Shown here: positions 23,315 to 35,988 of the stretch, in pieces | Numbering within the stretch: the stretch's first letter is position 1 | Layout of the letters: each line of letters starts with the position of its first letter | The notes under the pieces: generated by a model | Seen by the model: the letters and a program-made list of their open reading frames with translations, nothing else | The model's database searches: none | Told to the model about the DNA's origin: nothing | NCBI RefSeq assembly: GCF_963921235.1 | Contig: NC_086097.1 | Span: 125,738,001-125,802,000, forward strand | DNA length: 64,000 nucleotides | Source: Mobula hypostoma | Lineage: Eukaryota | Reading direction: 5' to 3' | Position numbers and translations under genes: made by a program

Positions 23315-26300
23315 GTCGCGTCCTTTTCAGGGCGGTTAGTCCACCTTTGTTCCCCACCTGGCACTCAGCTCTCACCTGTGGCTCCCCGAAGCTGTTTCCA
23401 TGTGACAGCGGCCACACCCCGGGCAACGGCTTCGACAAGCCGGCTAAACCAGGTGAGGGTAGCCGACGGGTCTCAAACCCTCGGTGAGATAGGGAGTTGT
23501 CTATTCCAGCATGTGAAGACAGACTCCGGCGGATTGAGCGGACGAGACCAAAGGAAGGTCCAACGGTCAAGAAGGCGGTCTCTGCAAGCATCGTGGAACA
23601 TGTAGAGCAGGACAAGACACAGAAGATGTCCTGGTCATCCACTGCACCTTGTCCCATCTCCAGCCGTCTCCACTCTGTCTTGCCACTGGATCCAGATGGG
23701 AATTGGGAAGAGAGAGTGAGGCTGACGCTGCGCACCTCTCCCTCACTTAAATCCAAATCAAGCACTAGTCTCGACACCATCGCCCTCATCATCACCCTCA
23801 ACCTTTGAAGTCCTGTGGCGATGGGGGAGCGACGAAGCAGCAGGTGTGGATACACTGGGAGCTGTAATCACGGACCTGCACACAGGCAGCTCAGGTCTAA
23901 AGGTCGCTTTTCGCTGACCGCAGCAGCAGTGAAACTCGGCGTCTACCTGGGTGACCGAGCAGCCCTCTTTAGGAACGCACTGCTCACCTGCGCAGTGTGA
24001 GGAAGAGGCTAGAAAAGGTGCCCCAAACATAGCCTGCTTCATTACACCCTGGCCAGTTTACCGCCGCTGGCGGGGATCCTATCTTGGCGGTCGAACAAAC
24101 ACAACAAACCTCAAGGCGACACCACTCACCATTGGCACTTGGAAGGTGCGCACGCTATTGGACAACCCTACAGCAAACAGACCAGAGAGAAGAACAGCCT
24201 TCGTTGCCGGAGAGCTTGCAAGATACAACATTGACATAGCAGCCCTGAGTGAGACTCGTCTTGCCAACGTAGGTCAGCTGACTGAAACTGGAGGCGGATA
24301 CACTTTTTTCTGGAGCAGTCGCGGCAGCGATGAGCGTCGTGATGCTGGATTGAGATTCGCCGTCAGGAGTCACCTTTCTGAGGATAACACTGGCTGAAGA
24401 TTTAGAAACCAAGCTTGCTGACCTACACCTTGCAGGCAACGCTGAGGACAACTGGGATCGCTTCAGGGATGCTGTCCATTCATCTGCAATGAAGATGCTA
24501 GGGCTCTCTACCCGTAAGCAGCATGGCTGGTTCGATGAGAATGATGAGGAGATACAGGCTCTACTTGTTGAAAAACACCGCCTTCATCGTGCCCATCAGA
24601 ACGACCCATCATCAGCTGTCAAGAAAAACGCCTTTACCAGTGCTCGCAGGACAGTCCCGAATAAACTGCGTAAAATGCAAGATGCCTGGTTGAGCGCCAA
24701 GGCAGATGAAATACAGGGATACGCTGACAGAAACGACCTGAAACGATTCTATGAAGCCCTCAACACTCTCTACGGACCTCAGGCTCTCGGGAGTTCCCCC
24801 CTCCTGAGTACAGATGGTATAACTCTCATTACAGAGAAGGCTGAGATCCTGCAGGGATGGGCTGAACACTTTGAAGCCGTTCTCAACCGGCCGTCATCTG
24901 TTAACGATGAGGCGATAGACAGGATCCATGGCGCTGTCGACATCAGCAGCGCCATGGATGACCCACCGGTAGTAGCCGAAGTCACGGAAGCTGTCAGCCA
25001 GCTATCCAGTGGCAAAGCCCCAGGGGCAGACGCCATACCTGCAGAGATCTACAAAGCCAGTGGTCCTGTACTTATAGAGAAGCTCACCGAGTTGTTCCAG
25101 TCTTTTTGGAAGCAAGGATCCATTCCTCAGGAACTTAAAGATGCATCCATCTTACACCTCTACAAGAGGAAGGGCAATCAACAAGTATGCGACAACCACC
25201 GAAGTATCTCGCTGCCCTCCATCACAGGAAAATCCCTTGCAAGAGTCTTGCTGAATCGTCTGGTCGCTCATCTGGAGCTGGGCCTGCTGCCAGAATCACA
25301 GTGTGGCTTTCGCAAAGGTCGTGGGACTATTGACATGATTTTTGCCGCGCGCCAACTTCAGGAGAAGTGTCAGGAGCAGAATGGTGAACTCTGCACAACT
25401 TCTGTTGACCTCAGGAAAGCCTTTGACACTGTCTGCCAACAAGGCCTGTGGAGGATCATGTCAGAGTTCGTCTGCCCCGCCAAGTTCATTTAGATGGTAC
25501 GCCAGTTCCATGATGGCATGACGGCCAGAGTGCTGGACAGCGGAGAATCCTCTGAGGTGTTCCCAGTCTCCAATGGTGTCAAACAGGGCTGTGTGCTCAC
25601 ACCCACACTGTTCAGCATAATGTTTACTGCCATGCTGAATGATGCCTTCCAGGACAGTGACGCTGGAATCAAGTACAGAGTGGATGGGAAGCTCTTCAAC
25701 CTGAGAAGAATTCAGGCTATTACCAAAGTGAAGGAGACTGTTCTGAGAGACTTCCTCTTTGCCGATGACTGCGCCCTGTATGCTGGCTCGGAGCCAGAGA
25801 TGTAAGTCAATATAGACAAATTCTCCACGGCTTGTGACAACTTTGGACTCGCCATCAACATCAAAAAGACCAAAGTCATGCACCAGCCTGCTCCTCATGC
25901 ACTGTACACAGAACCCAAAATCACAACCAATTGACAGAAACTACAGGCAGTGGACCAGTTTACTTACCTTGGCAGCACCCTCTCCCGAGCAGTGACTATT
26001 GATACAGAAGTTAACTGCAGAATAGCCAAGGCAAGTTCTGCTTTTGGTAGACTGCTCTCCACTGTATGGAAACGCCGAGGAATCAGTCCAGCAACAAAAC
26101 TGAATGTCTAAGAGCCGTGGTACTCACCACCCTCCTGTATGCCTGTGAAACATGGACTGCGTATCGAGGGCATGCAAGACAGCTCAACCATTTCCACATG
26201 ACTTGTATTCGCAGAATATTAGGCTTCAGATGGCAAGACAAAGTACCAGACACTTAAGTTCTCTCTAGAGCAAGTCTACTATCAGACCACACATTGCTGA

Positions 26301-26729
26301 TGAGAGCACAGACCCGGTGGGCAGGTCATGTCATCCGCCTGCCGGACAGCGCATACCCAAGCAGCTCCTTTTTGGAGAACTCCTCTCTGTTGGAAGACAC
26401 TCGCATGGAGGGCAGAAGAAACGTTACAAGGACACACGAAAGACCTTCCTGAATTCGCTTGACATAGACACGACCACCTGGGAAACGCTGGCACTAAACC
26501 ACCCTACCTGGCGCGGCCTCATCCACAAGGGCTGTCAAGCTTACAAAGCAAGGCGCACAACAGAAGCGCCACCGGCGCAACAACTGCAGTGCCTACACGT
26601 TTGCCCATGTGCCTGGACATTTCGTGCCAGAATTGGCCTGACCAGTCATCTTCGGACACACCGCATCCAGTCTCAAAGAGACCAATAGTGTCGAGGTCTT
26701 CATCGACGACGACGATGGACGAACAACAT
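23315..26729 (+). mobile_element. Near full-length RTE-clade LINE (disrupted, internal deletion in APE at about 24380)
   Basis: LTIGTWKVRTL, ELARYNIDIAALSETR, YTFFWS (APE); LPESQCGFR, VDLRKAFDTV, GVKQGCVL, LFADD (RT); C-terminal FRARIGLTSHLRTH; tail gacgaacaaca. Stops at 25491 and 25803. Confidence 0.95.
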
Positions 26730-28764
26730 TACTTATGAATACAGTGCAGAACAGACCCTTCTGTTCAACAACCCTAACCTAATCGGGGACAAATTACAAT
26801 GACCAATTAACCTGTACACCTTTGTACTCTGGGAGAGAACACATGCATTGCAAGGGGAGGACGTAGAGACTCCTTACAGAGGATGCAGGGATTGCTCTCC
26901 AAACTCTGATGCCCCGAGATGTAATAGTGTTGCACGAACCACTGCAGTGGCGTGGCATCCATATGCCCTCAAATAAGTGAAATAATGCTATCTGCAGCCA
27001 CTCCATCAAAACCTTTTACACTGTCAAAGAAATTTTAGGTCATAACTGTCTCTTCTCACAAGAGAGATCGAGTCTCTTCAACCGTTCTTAATTTATAGCT
27101 TCCTTCTAGGTTCATCCCTTGTTTTGAACCCTCCCCATGCATCTATTTATGACAAGCAGACCAGTATGAAACATTTAAGACTAACTAAGGTTCAAGATTT
27201 AAAGTAACTTGCCATTTTCTCCCAATTTTATCCACTGGATATAACCCTGGTACTTAGCTTGCTTCTTTCCTTAAAAAAAGGCAGTTAGTAATATATTTGT
27301 TTTTTTGCCTCGTTAACTTAGCTTTCTAACAAACGCCCATTTTATTCTATTAAAATACATTGGTTCACGTTTGCATTGAATTTCACTTGCCTTTATTTAT
27401 GTCCTCCTGTAATTTGCTGGTATTCTTACAATTGATGCTATTTCTCTAATACCAATAGCCTATCCCATCACCCCAAGAAACAAAATGCTGATATCAAATT
27501 ATATAACTGCAGTTATTTACATAATCTCAATCATTGATATAAATTTTAATGGCAGTCCCGGCCACTAATTTTTGTAGAACATTCTACTCCCATTCTTCTA
27601 TTTAATAGAATCTATTACATGGAGCTGCATCTCGCTCCCAGTGAAGCCAACCTACAATTTATTCCTTTACTGACATGCTTAGTGTGGGATTTCCTCATCC
27701 AAATTTGAACAGAACTGTAACACACTCCTGTTGTTTGATACCACTTAAGATTTAACAAGTTTGTACAAGCAATTTTTTTCCCTTTTAGAAGCTATATTGA
27801 GATTAAAAGCGGTGACAAATCAGCGTATAGGAGGAAGATTGAAAATCTGAGTGAGTGGTGCCTCAACAATCACCACCTACTCAATGTCAGCAAGACCAAG
27901 GAGCTGATTATTGAATTCAGGAGGAGGAAGCTGGAGGTCCATAAGCCAGTCCTCATTGGGGGAATCAGAGGTGGAGCAGGACAGCAACTTTAATTTCCTC
28001 GGTGCTACCCTTTCAGAGAACCTGTTCTGGGCCCAGCACGCAAGTGCAATTATGAAGAAAGCACGTCAGCACCTCTACTTTCACTTGCCCCATCACCAAA
28101 ATGTTTCCACAACCTAGATGGACTCACTTTCAATGACTCATCATGTTCCCAATATATATTATTTATTATTATTTCTTTGTGTATTTGCACAGTTTATTGT
28201 TTTTGCACACTGGTTGTCCACTCTAATGGTGCAGTCTTTCATTGATTCTACTGTGATTTTTGGATTTATTATCCTCGCAAGAAAATTAATCTCAGCCATG
28301 TATATGGTGACATAGATGTACTTTTAAATTTGAGATTTCATTATCACACTTTTCAACTACTGACAAAGTTCTCTCCATCCAACTGAAAAGGAAGAACACA
28401 AAGATTCTGCACATGCTGTAAATCCAAAAAAAAACACACAAAATGATGGAGGAACTCAGCAGGTCAGACAACATGCATGGAGAGGAATAAACAGTTGACA
28501 TTTCGAACCAGAACTCCTCATGATTGAAAATGAGGTGCAGAGAGAGAAGACCAATTCTTCAGCTGGACTAGAGGAATTGCAAGTGTGTTAAGATTTCTTA
28601 AGTTACAAAACATGCCATGAATTTGGATCAATGCTTTCATATACAAACAGACACTTGACACTGCTTTGAACACATTTAGATTGGAGCTCAGCATTGGACA
28701 TCAAGCTGTTAACTTACAGCCTGATGTGGATAACTGATTCCTCAGTTATCACAATCAACTGCAT

Positions 28765-29260
28765 TACATGCAGTTCTAGTTGCCCATTATAGTAAGGATG
28801 TCAGGGCTTTGGAGGAGGTGCAAAAGAGGTTTACCAGGATTAGAGGCATGTTCTATAATGAGGTTGGAGAAACTTGGGTTGTTTTCTCTGGAGCGGCAAA
28901 GGGATCAGATAGAAGTTTATAAGATTATGAGATGCATAGATGGATACATCATATCTTTTTCTCTGGGTTGAAATGTCTAATACCAGAAGGCATGCATTTA
29001 AGGAGACATGAGGAACAGTTTTATTGTTTTTGTTTTAAACAGCGAGTGGTGGGATGTCTGGTATGCACTGCCTTGGGTCGTTGAAACATTAGGGACTTGT
29101 AAGAGATGTTTAGATGGACACATGAATTCAAGTAAAATGGAAGGATATGGATACTGTGTAGGCAGACAAGATTAGCTTAGTTAGCCATTTGATTACTAAT
29201 TTAATTGGTTTAGTACAACATTGTGGTCCGAAGGCCCTGTCCCTTCGCTGTACTGTTCTA
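28765..29260 (+). mobile_element. CR1 3' fragment
   Basis: RLEKLGLFSLE..IEVYKIMR; tail gaaggccctgtc..gctgtactgttcta. Confidence 0.82.
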
Positions 29261-29709
29261 CAAGAGCCCATTTTCAACATGTTCTCAAGGTCAAGTTCAA
29301 TGGAGTACAGCAAGCTGTTTCAAGAAGCTTAAGGTGCCATAAATATGTTAGCAGGTGCATATTTTGATGAACCTTTAATAAAATGATGAGATTATTCTGT
29401 AAAACCAGAAATGCAAAAGAAATGTTGAACAAACTCAAAGCCAACATAGTGCAATGCTGTACAAAGAGAATCAAGAAGGTGCTATATTTTTCTATTATAT
29501 AATAAGAACTGAGTATTTACAATTTAAAATAAGTAATGGGTTCATACATAGATTACAAAAGTTCTCATACCTTAAGTATTGTCCGTTGCATACAACCAGC
29601 AAAGCATTACAGGTCAATACTAAGTATAAGCCATTACAAAAGAAGGGGAAAATGTTGTGATTCTAAACATGCATATGAAAGAGGCGACAGGAGTGTGCGA
29701 ACTGCAGCA

Positions 29710-30572
29710 AGAAAGTGAATGCAAATTTCCTTTATTTTTATATAAAAATGCACTTTTCTACATGTGCACTGATTGGCCAACTCTTTGGTACAGTACACAA
29801 ATTTCATATCTGAAACCTCAATAAACCATTTGTTAAACTTAGTGATTACCCAAACCAATGATTTTGTTTTTAAAGTAGCTTGGGTAAATAGAAGCATTCT
29901 GTGCCACCTGCACAAAAGGCTCAATTTTACATTTTGTGACTGAACGGTGCTGATAATACCAAAACTAAACATCCTTATAAATTATCTTGAGTGCGTACCA
30001 GTTCAAATCAGTTTAACCATGTCTTGGCAAAAGAACAAAGAATATATTTCACCTCTTACGGCAATATTAAAATGAACAAATCATAATTTAAAATTTATCC
30101 AATGATGAGTGGATGAGGCAAAGAAAAGGGCTTTTCCCATCAGGTTTAATAGCCACACACAAAATGTAAAGCATTCTTTTTTTTATTTTGGAATTCCCCT
30201 ACCTTCTTTTATACAAGAACCTTTGATCAAACTTTCCACAAAGGCAGCAGTGAAATTTCAGAAACATTTTCAGTTCTCCTAGGCCTAATGACCATAAATC
30301 ACAGTGTAATAATACATGATCTGCTGTCATCTTTGGCTGGGGTTAGGCTAACGGGTCACTGGATAGCCAAAAGCCTAGGTTAGAGTCAAAGCCGCTAAGC
30401 CTGTGGTTTGGACTTTTAGCTACAAGCCAAATTCAGGAATGTTCACCACCACAGAACCTCCAGGTGTGTGACAGCAATAACTTCCATAAATTTTATTGAC
30501 AAATGAAAAATTAATCTACAAAACTTGGACCTAGTTATATTATTACACACAGTACACACATTTTATTATACT
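29710..30572 (-). other. UBR5: UBR5 3'UTR (approximate end)
   Basis: TE-free AT-rich stretch after the stop; AATAAA signals on the minus strand at 30492-30497 and 29731-29736. Confidence 0.6.
29731..29736 (-). terminator. Candidate distal polyadenylation signal AATAAA of UBR5
   Basis: tttatt on + strand, followed in transcript direction by U-rich sequence (GCAUUCACUUUCUUGCUG). Confidence 0.5.
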
Positions 30573-30785
30573 CTACACAAAACCAAAGTTCTTGGTCTTA
30601 ATGGCTAGTAACAGTTTTTGTTTGAGAATTTGCTTGGAGGAATAAAGTGGGACGTATAGACGTGAGATGCAGGTGTTTGCAGTCGGAAGATGTTGATCAT
30701 CAGGTGGTCTAATAGTGATCGATGGCATTGGTTGGAAACCTTCCTCACTGGCAGGCAATGATGGGCTTGACGTCCAGAAATAAAC
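30573..30785 (-). CDS. UBR5: UBR5 last coding exon: [70 protein letters not shown]
   Basis: HECT catalytic motif LPTANTC (Cys codon 30669-30671), C-terminal FGFV, TAG at 30573-30575; ctcag acceptor. Confidence 0.98.
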   Translation of the reverse strand, partial: VYFWTSSPSLPASEEGFQPMPSITIRPPDDQHLPTANTCISRLYVPLYSSKQILKQKLLLAIKTKNFGFV

Positions 30786-31029
30786 CTGAGGTCCAGAAAG
30801 AAAACAACATCATCAGCAAACTATTTTCACTTATTTCCTTATGGCCCCCTGCTCCCACCCAAATACTTAGCAATGACTATCTGTAACAGGAGCACTGTAA
30901 CCACCTACCCATCAGTAAAACTGACCGTAAAAAATAAGTGGGGTAGCCACATAAACACTAGCTGCATGAGCAGGCTGTTTATCTGTCACCTCAAACCATC
31001 ACATCATCTATAAGATATTAAACAAATTC

Positions 31030-31640
31030 AATGTTAGCATTCATTTTGCGAGCACTAGAATATAAAAGCAAGGATGTAATGCTGAGGCTTTACAAGGCAT
31101 TGGTCAGACTGCACTTGGGAGTATTGTGAGCAGTTTTGGGCTTCTTATCCAAGGAAAGGTATTCTGGCATTGAAGAGGATCCAGAGGAGGATCACAAGAA
31201 TGATCCTGGGAATGAAAGGGTGTTTGATGGCTCTGGGGCTGTACTCACTGAAGTTCAGAGGAATGAGGAGGGGATCTCATTGAAATCTATGAAATATTGG
31301 AAGGCCTAGACTGAGTGGATATGGAGAGGATGTTTCCTGTTATGGGGGATTCTAGGATCAGAGAGCACAGCCTCTTAGGAGAGAGATTATAGAGGGACAC
31401 CCATTTAGTACAGAGATAAACAAAAACTTCCTCAGCCAGAGGGTGGTGAATCTGTGGAATTCATTGCCACAGACAGCTGTGCAAGCCAGTTCACTGGGTA
31501 TATTTAAGATGCAAATTGATAGGTTCTTGATTAATCATAGTGTCAGAGGGAGAAGGCAGAAGAACAGGTTTGAGACAGATAACAAATAAGCCCTGATGGG
31601 ATTGCAGAGGAAACTTGATGGGCGAATTCAGCTCTCATCT
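31030..31640 (+). mobile_element. CR1 3' fragment in last UBR5 intron (antisense)
   Basis: Near-colinear with 3600-4170. Confidence 0.8.
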
Positions 31641-32335
31641 TATAGAGATAAAAGGCATGTTAGGTGTGAAACTGAATACTTCCCACTTGCATGCATCTCT
31701 GCAGTTCCAAAAACACCCATGCTCAATGCCATTAAAAGAAATCCTTTGATTAGTTCCCAATCCCCACAAACATTGACTTCCTCTACCATTAGTACAGAAA
31801 GATTATAAAGTGTATATTTGCAAATGGAATGTGTTACTGTACAATATTTTGCGACAGCATCCCAAACTCATTATCTCAACCACCAGAGTCAAGAGGTGTG
31901 GCACTTGCAGGTTCCCCGTTGTACATTTAGAAATATATTGCTGCTCTTTCATCACCAACAGATTCAAATATGGGAATACTGTATTCCAACACTACTGTGT
32001 GGATAGCTTCACCACAAGTATTGCAGCAATTCCAGATTACAGTTCACCATTTGAGTACAACATCCATATCCCATAAACAGTTACGTTTTACCAAGATCAA
32101 ATTTTATATATGAATTACAGTTACATCTTTGGACTATGGAGGAAAGACACGCACTCACGGGAAGGAATATATTAACATCCTACAGGTGGCATCGGAATTG
32201 AACTCCAAACTCCGAAACCCTGAGCTGTAATAGTGTTGCGCTAATTGCTACTGTACCACAGCACTCCAGCTGGAGAAATTCAATATTTTGCTGAAGTCTA
32301 ATTTCAAAGCTCAGTAAAATTCACTTCAGTCTTAC

Positions 32336-32421
32336 CAGATCCTGTCTTTCTGTCATGCTCATCTTCTCCACAATGGACCAGAACCACCGCTTGAATTGTA
32401 ATAACTTTTCAGCGTTTTCCC
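32336..32421 (-). CDS. UBR5: UBR5 penultimate exon: [29 protein letters not shown]
   Basis: HECT C-lobe WFW motif; ttcag/gtaag boundaries; 86 nt. Confidence 0.97.
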
Positions 32422-32739
32422 CTGAAACAAAATGTTAAGTTGTTACCATCTACGTGCTTGGACGAGCCCAGAAATGTCAATCTCATCAAATCTGCCTACA
32501 GGTGCCTTGAAGAAAATGCGGATCTTTATTCACACAAGGATGTAATTTGCCAAGTCCTCAGAGCAGGGGAAAGAGATTTAAGCTACCTGAAGGATGCAAA
32601 TGAAGTCAATACTGTTGAAGCATAATGATATTGACTACCTGGCAATTAGCAACAGTTTTGTGTGTCTATTTAGACAAGGCTATTGCCAAAGCAATGAAGA
32701 AAAGCAATAACTTTTAAACTGGGTCTTCACCATCTCCTC

Positions 32740-35315
32740 CAACCTTCTCCTCTTTGAGGCTGAATATTCTGTCCTCAGTAAGGGCTTTTCTTTTATCCCC
32801 CTGCGCCTAAACCTCAGTGAGTTCTGCACCCACTGTGACACTGAGCTCTTCTTCTGCCGCCTCCATCTCCATGCCTACTTGTCCCGTCTTCAACCCTCCT
32901 CCTCTTCCTGGACACCCCACCCTGGTCTTCTGCCTGCTCTGGATCTTTTCACTGCCAGCTGGTGACAGGACAACCGTCTCAACTTCACCACTCTGCTTTC
33001 CAATCCCAACTTCACTCCTTCTGAATGCTCTGCTCTTCGCTCTCGCAGCGCTAATCCTAACCTCACCATCAAACCCACATTTGGGGGGGGGGGGCGGTGG
33101 TGCTGTAGTAGGCTGGCGGGCTGACCTTTACCTTGCTGAGGCCCAGCAACAACTGTCAGACACCTTTTACCCCTTGATCACTGGGGAGCACTAGGTCACT
33201 GTCTCCCACACCATCACCAACCAACATTAACCCTAGAGATCTTCCATCCACAGCCACCAACCTCAGTTCCCTCAACCCACACCTCCTGTTTCTATGTCCT
33301 AACCAAGATCCACAAACCTGCCTGTCCAGGTAGACCCATTGTTTCTGCTTGTTCCTGGCCCACTGAACTCATATCTGCATACCTCGACTCAGTTTTATCC
33401 CTCCCCGGTTCAGTCTCTTCCTACCTACATCTGTGACACTTCAAACGCTCTTGATCTTTTCAATGATTTCGAGTTCCCTGGCTCTGAGCATCTTATTTTC
33501 TCCATGGATGCCCAGTCCATATACACCTCCATCCCCCACCAGGAAGGCCTCAAAGCTCTGTTTCTTTCTGGGCATTAGACCCAACCAGTTCCCCTCCACC
33601 ACCACTCTCCTCTGTTTAGGCGGAACTTGTCCTCTCTCTCAACAATTTCTCCTTTGGCAACTCCTACTTCCTTCAAACAAAAGGCATAGCCATAGATAAT
33701 CGCATGGGTCCCAACTATGCCTGCCTTTTTGTTGGCTATGTGGAATAGCCTATGTTCCAAGCCTACACTGGTGTCACTCCCCAACTTTACCTACACTACA
33801 TCAATGACTGCATTAGTACTGCTTCCTGTACCCATGCAGAACTCGTCGACTTCATCAACTTTGCCTCTAACTTCCACCCTGTCCTTAGATTTTACCTGGT
33901 CCATTTCAGACACCTCCCTCCTCTTTCTCGATCTCACTGTTTCTATCTCTTATCTGCTTATCTATTGATGTCCATTATAAATCCACTGAATCTCACAGCT
34001 ACCTGGACCATACCTCTTCCCACCCTGTTACTTGTAAAAACACCACCCCCTTCTCTCAATTCCTTCATCTCCGCCACACCTATTCTTAGGATGAGGCTTT
34101 CATTCTAGAATGAAGTAGATATCCTCCTTCTTCACCATCAACGCTGCCCTCAACCGCATCTCTTCCATTTTGTGCATGCCTGCCCTCACCCCATCTTCCC
34201 ACCACCCCACCAGGGACAGGGTTCCTCTTGTCCTCACCTACCACCCCACTAGCCTCCATGTCCAGCACATAATTTCCGTAGCTTCCACCATCTCCAATGG
34301 GATCCCATGACCAAGCACATCTTTCCCTCCCTCCTACTTTCTGCTTTCCACAGAGATCGCTCCCTGCAAGACTTCCTTGTCCATTCGTCGCTCCCCACTG
34401 ATCTCCCTCCTGGCACTTACCCTTGCAAGTGGAACAAGTGCTACACTTGTCCCTACACCTCCTCCCTCACTACCATTTAGGGCCCCAAACAGTCCTTCCA
34501 GGTGAAGCAACACTTCATCTGAGAGTCTGTTGGGGTCATCTACTGTATTCGGTGCCCCTGGTGAGGCCTCCTGTCTATCGGTGAGACCTGACATAGATTG
34601 GGAGACTGGTTCGCTGAGCATCAACACTCTGTCTGCCAGAAAAAACGGGATTTCTCAGTTGCCACCCATTTTAATTCCCATTCTGACATCTCAATCCATG
34701 GCCTCCTCTACTGTTGCAATGAGGCTACACTCAGGTTGTTGGAGCAACACCTTATATTCTGTCTGGGTAGCCTCCAGTGTGATGGCATGAACATCAATTT
34801 CTCAAACTTCCAGTAATGACCCCCACCATTCCCTCTCTCTCACCTTATCTCCATACATAGAACATAGAATATGACAGCACAGTACAGGCCCTTCGGCCCA
34901 CAATGTTGTGCCGACCCTCAAACCCTGCCTCCCATATAAGCCCCCATCTTAGATTCCTCCATATACCTGTCCAGTAGTCTCTTAAACTTCACTAGTGTAC
35001 CTGCTCACCACCTCCCTCTAGTGCTCCTCCCCCTTTTCTTTCTTCCATGGCCTTCTGTTCTCTAAGAGATTCCCCCTTCTCCAGCCCTGTATCTCTTTCA
35101 CTAATGAACTTCTCAGCTCTTTACTTCACCCCTCCCCCTCTCCCGGTTTCACCTTGTGTTTCTTCTCCCTGCACCACCCCCCCTCCCACCTTCTAACTCT
35201 GACTCCTCATTTCTCTGTCTCCAGTCCTGATGAAGAGTCTTGGCCCGAAATGTCACCTATACTCTTTTTCATAGATGGTGTCTATATGTGTCTGCAGATT
35301 TTCTCTTGTTTATGA
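32740..35315 (+). mobile_element. Penelope-like element, about 2.5 kb, degenerate RT + GIY-YIG, with nested CR1 3' end (about 34855-34997, minus)
   Basis: FSMDAQSIYTSIPH, MGPNYAC, YLHYIND, VIYCIRC..LSIGET, VATHFNS, EQHLIFCLGSL; hammerhead core CTGATGA..GAAA at 35227-35250. Confidence 0.88.
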
Positions 35316-35544
35316 TTAAACCACACAGTCCCATTCAAAAACCACCTACCCAGCATCTGAAATGACGTTTTAAAATTCATAAATTTTACAGAATCAAGAT
35401 TGCATTGCATAATTCAAGAAAATACATGAGAAATTTTATGCAGCTTTGTTTTATATTAATTCCATGCACTAGACACAAATTCAATATGCTAAAGCTTAAT
35501 ATTAATAAATTTCAACAACCCCAAAGTAATCAGTTGTTTCATAC

Positions 35545-35689
35545 CAGACTCATCATTGAAAGATGTGTAACTAATTAGCATCTGGACATTCACTTCTCCA
35601 CAGCCATTGACCAGGAGCCTAAAATCTTCTGCTGTTAGATCTTCTAGTGAATTTTTAGGAAGAACATCCAGTAATCCTTTCCGCATAGC
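35545..35689 (-). CDS. UBR5: UBR5 HECT exon: [48 protein letters not shown]
   Basis: ORF 35489..35686 core; tatag/gtatg boundaries; 145 nt. Confidence 0.97.
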
Positions 35690-35988
35690 CTATAAATTGC
35701 CAAATACCAATATTAACAGCAGTGAAATATATCCAGGAAAATGCAAAAATGAATACTAAAACATACAAATTTTAATGTTTTAAAACTATTTAGAAAACAA
35801 CCCCATGGGAAGGATGTGATTACACTTGAGAGTGCACAGAGCAGCTTCACCAGAAGGTTGCCTGGACTAAGGGACTTTAGTTATGGGGAAGGACTGGATA
35901 GACCTGACTTCTCTCTCCTGGAGTGGTGAATCATGAAAGATGACCAACATAAGTACACAAGTTCATGAGAGTGTAGATGGAGTAGATA

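Noticed and set aside
23304..23855. 183-aa antisense ORF in the RTE 5'UTR
   Set aside because: No recognisable motif; GC-rich UTRs readily give stop-free frames.
1..29600. Exons or promoter of the neighbouring gene (RRM2B expected from mammalian synteny)
   Set aside because: No ribonucleotide reductase-like peptide or non-TE CpG island seen; the CpG-rich patches are young TEs.
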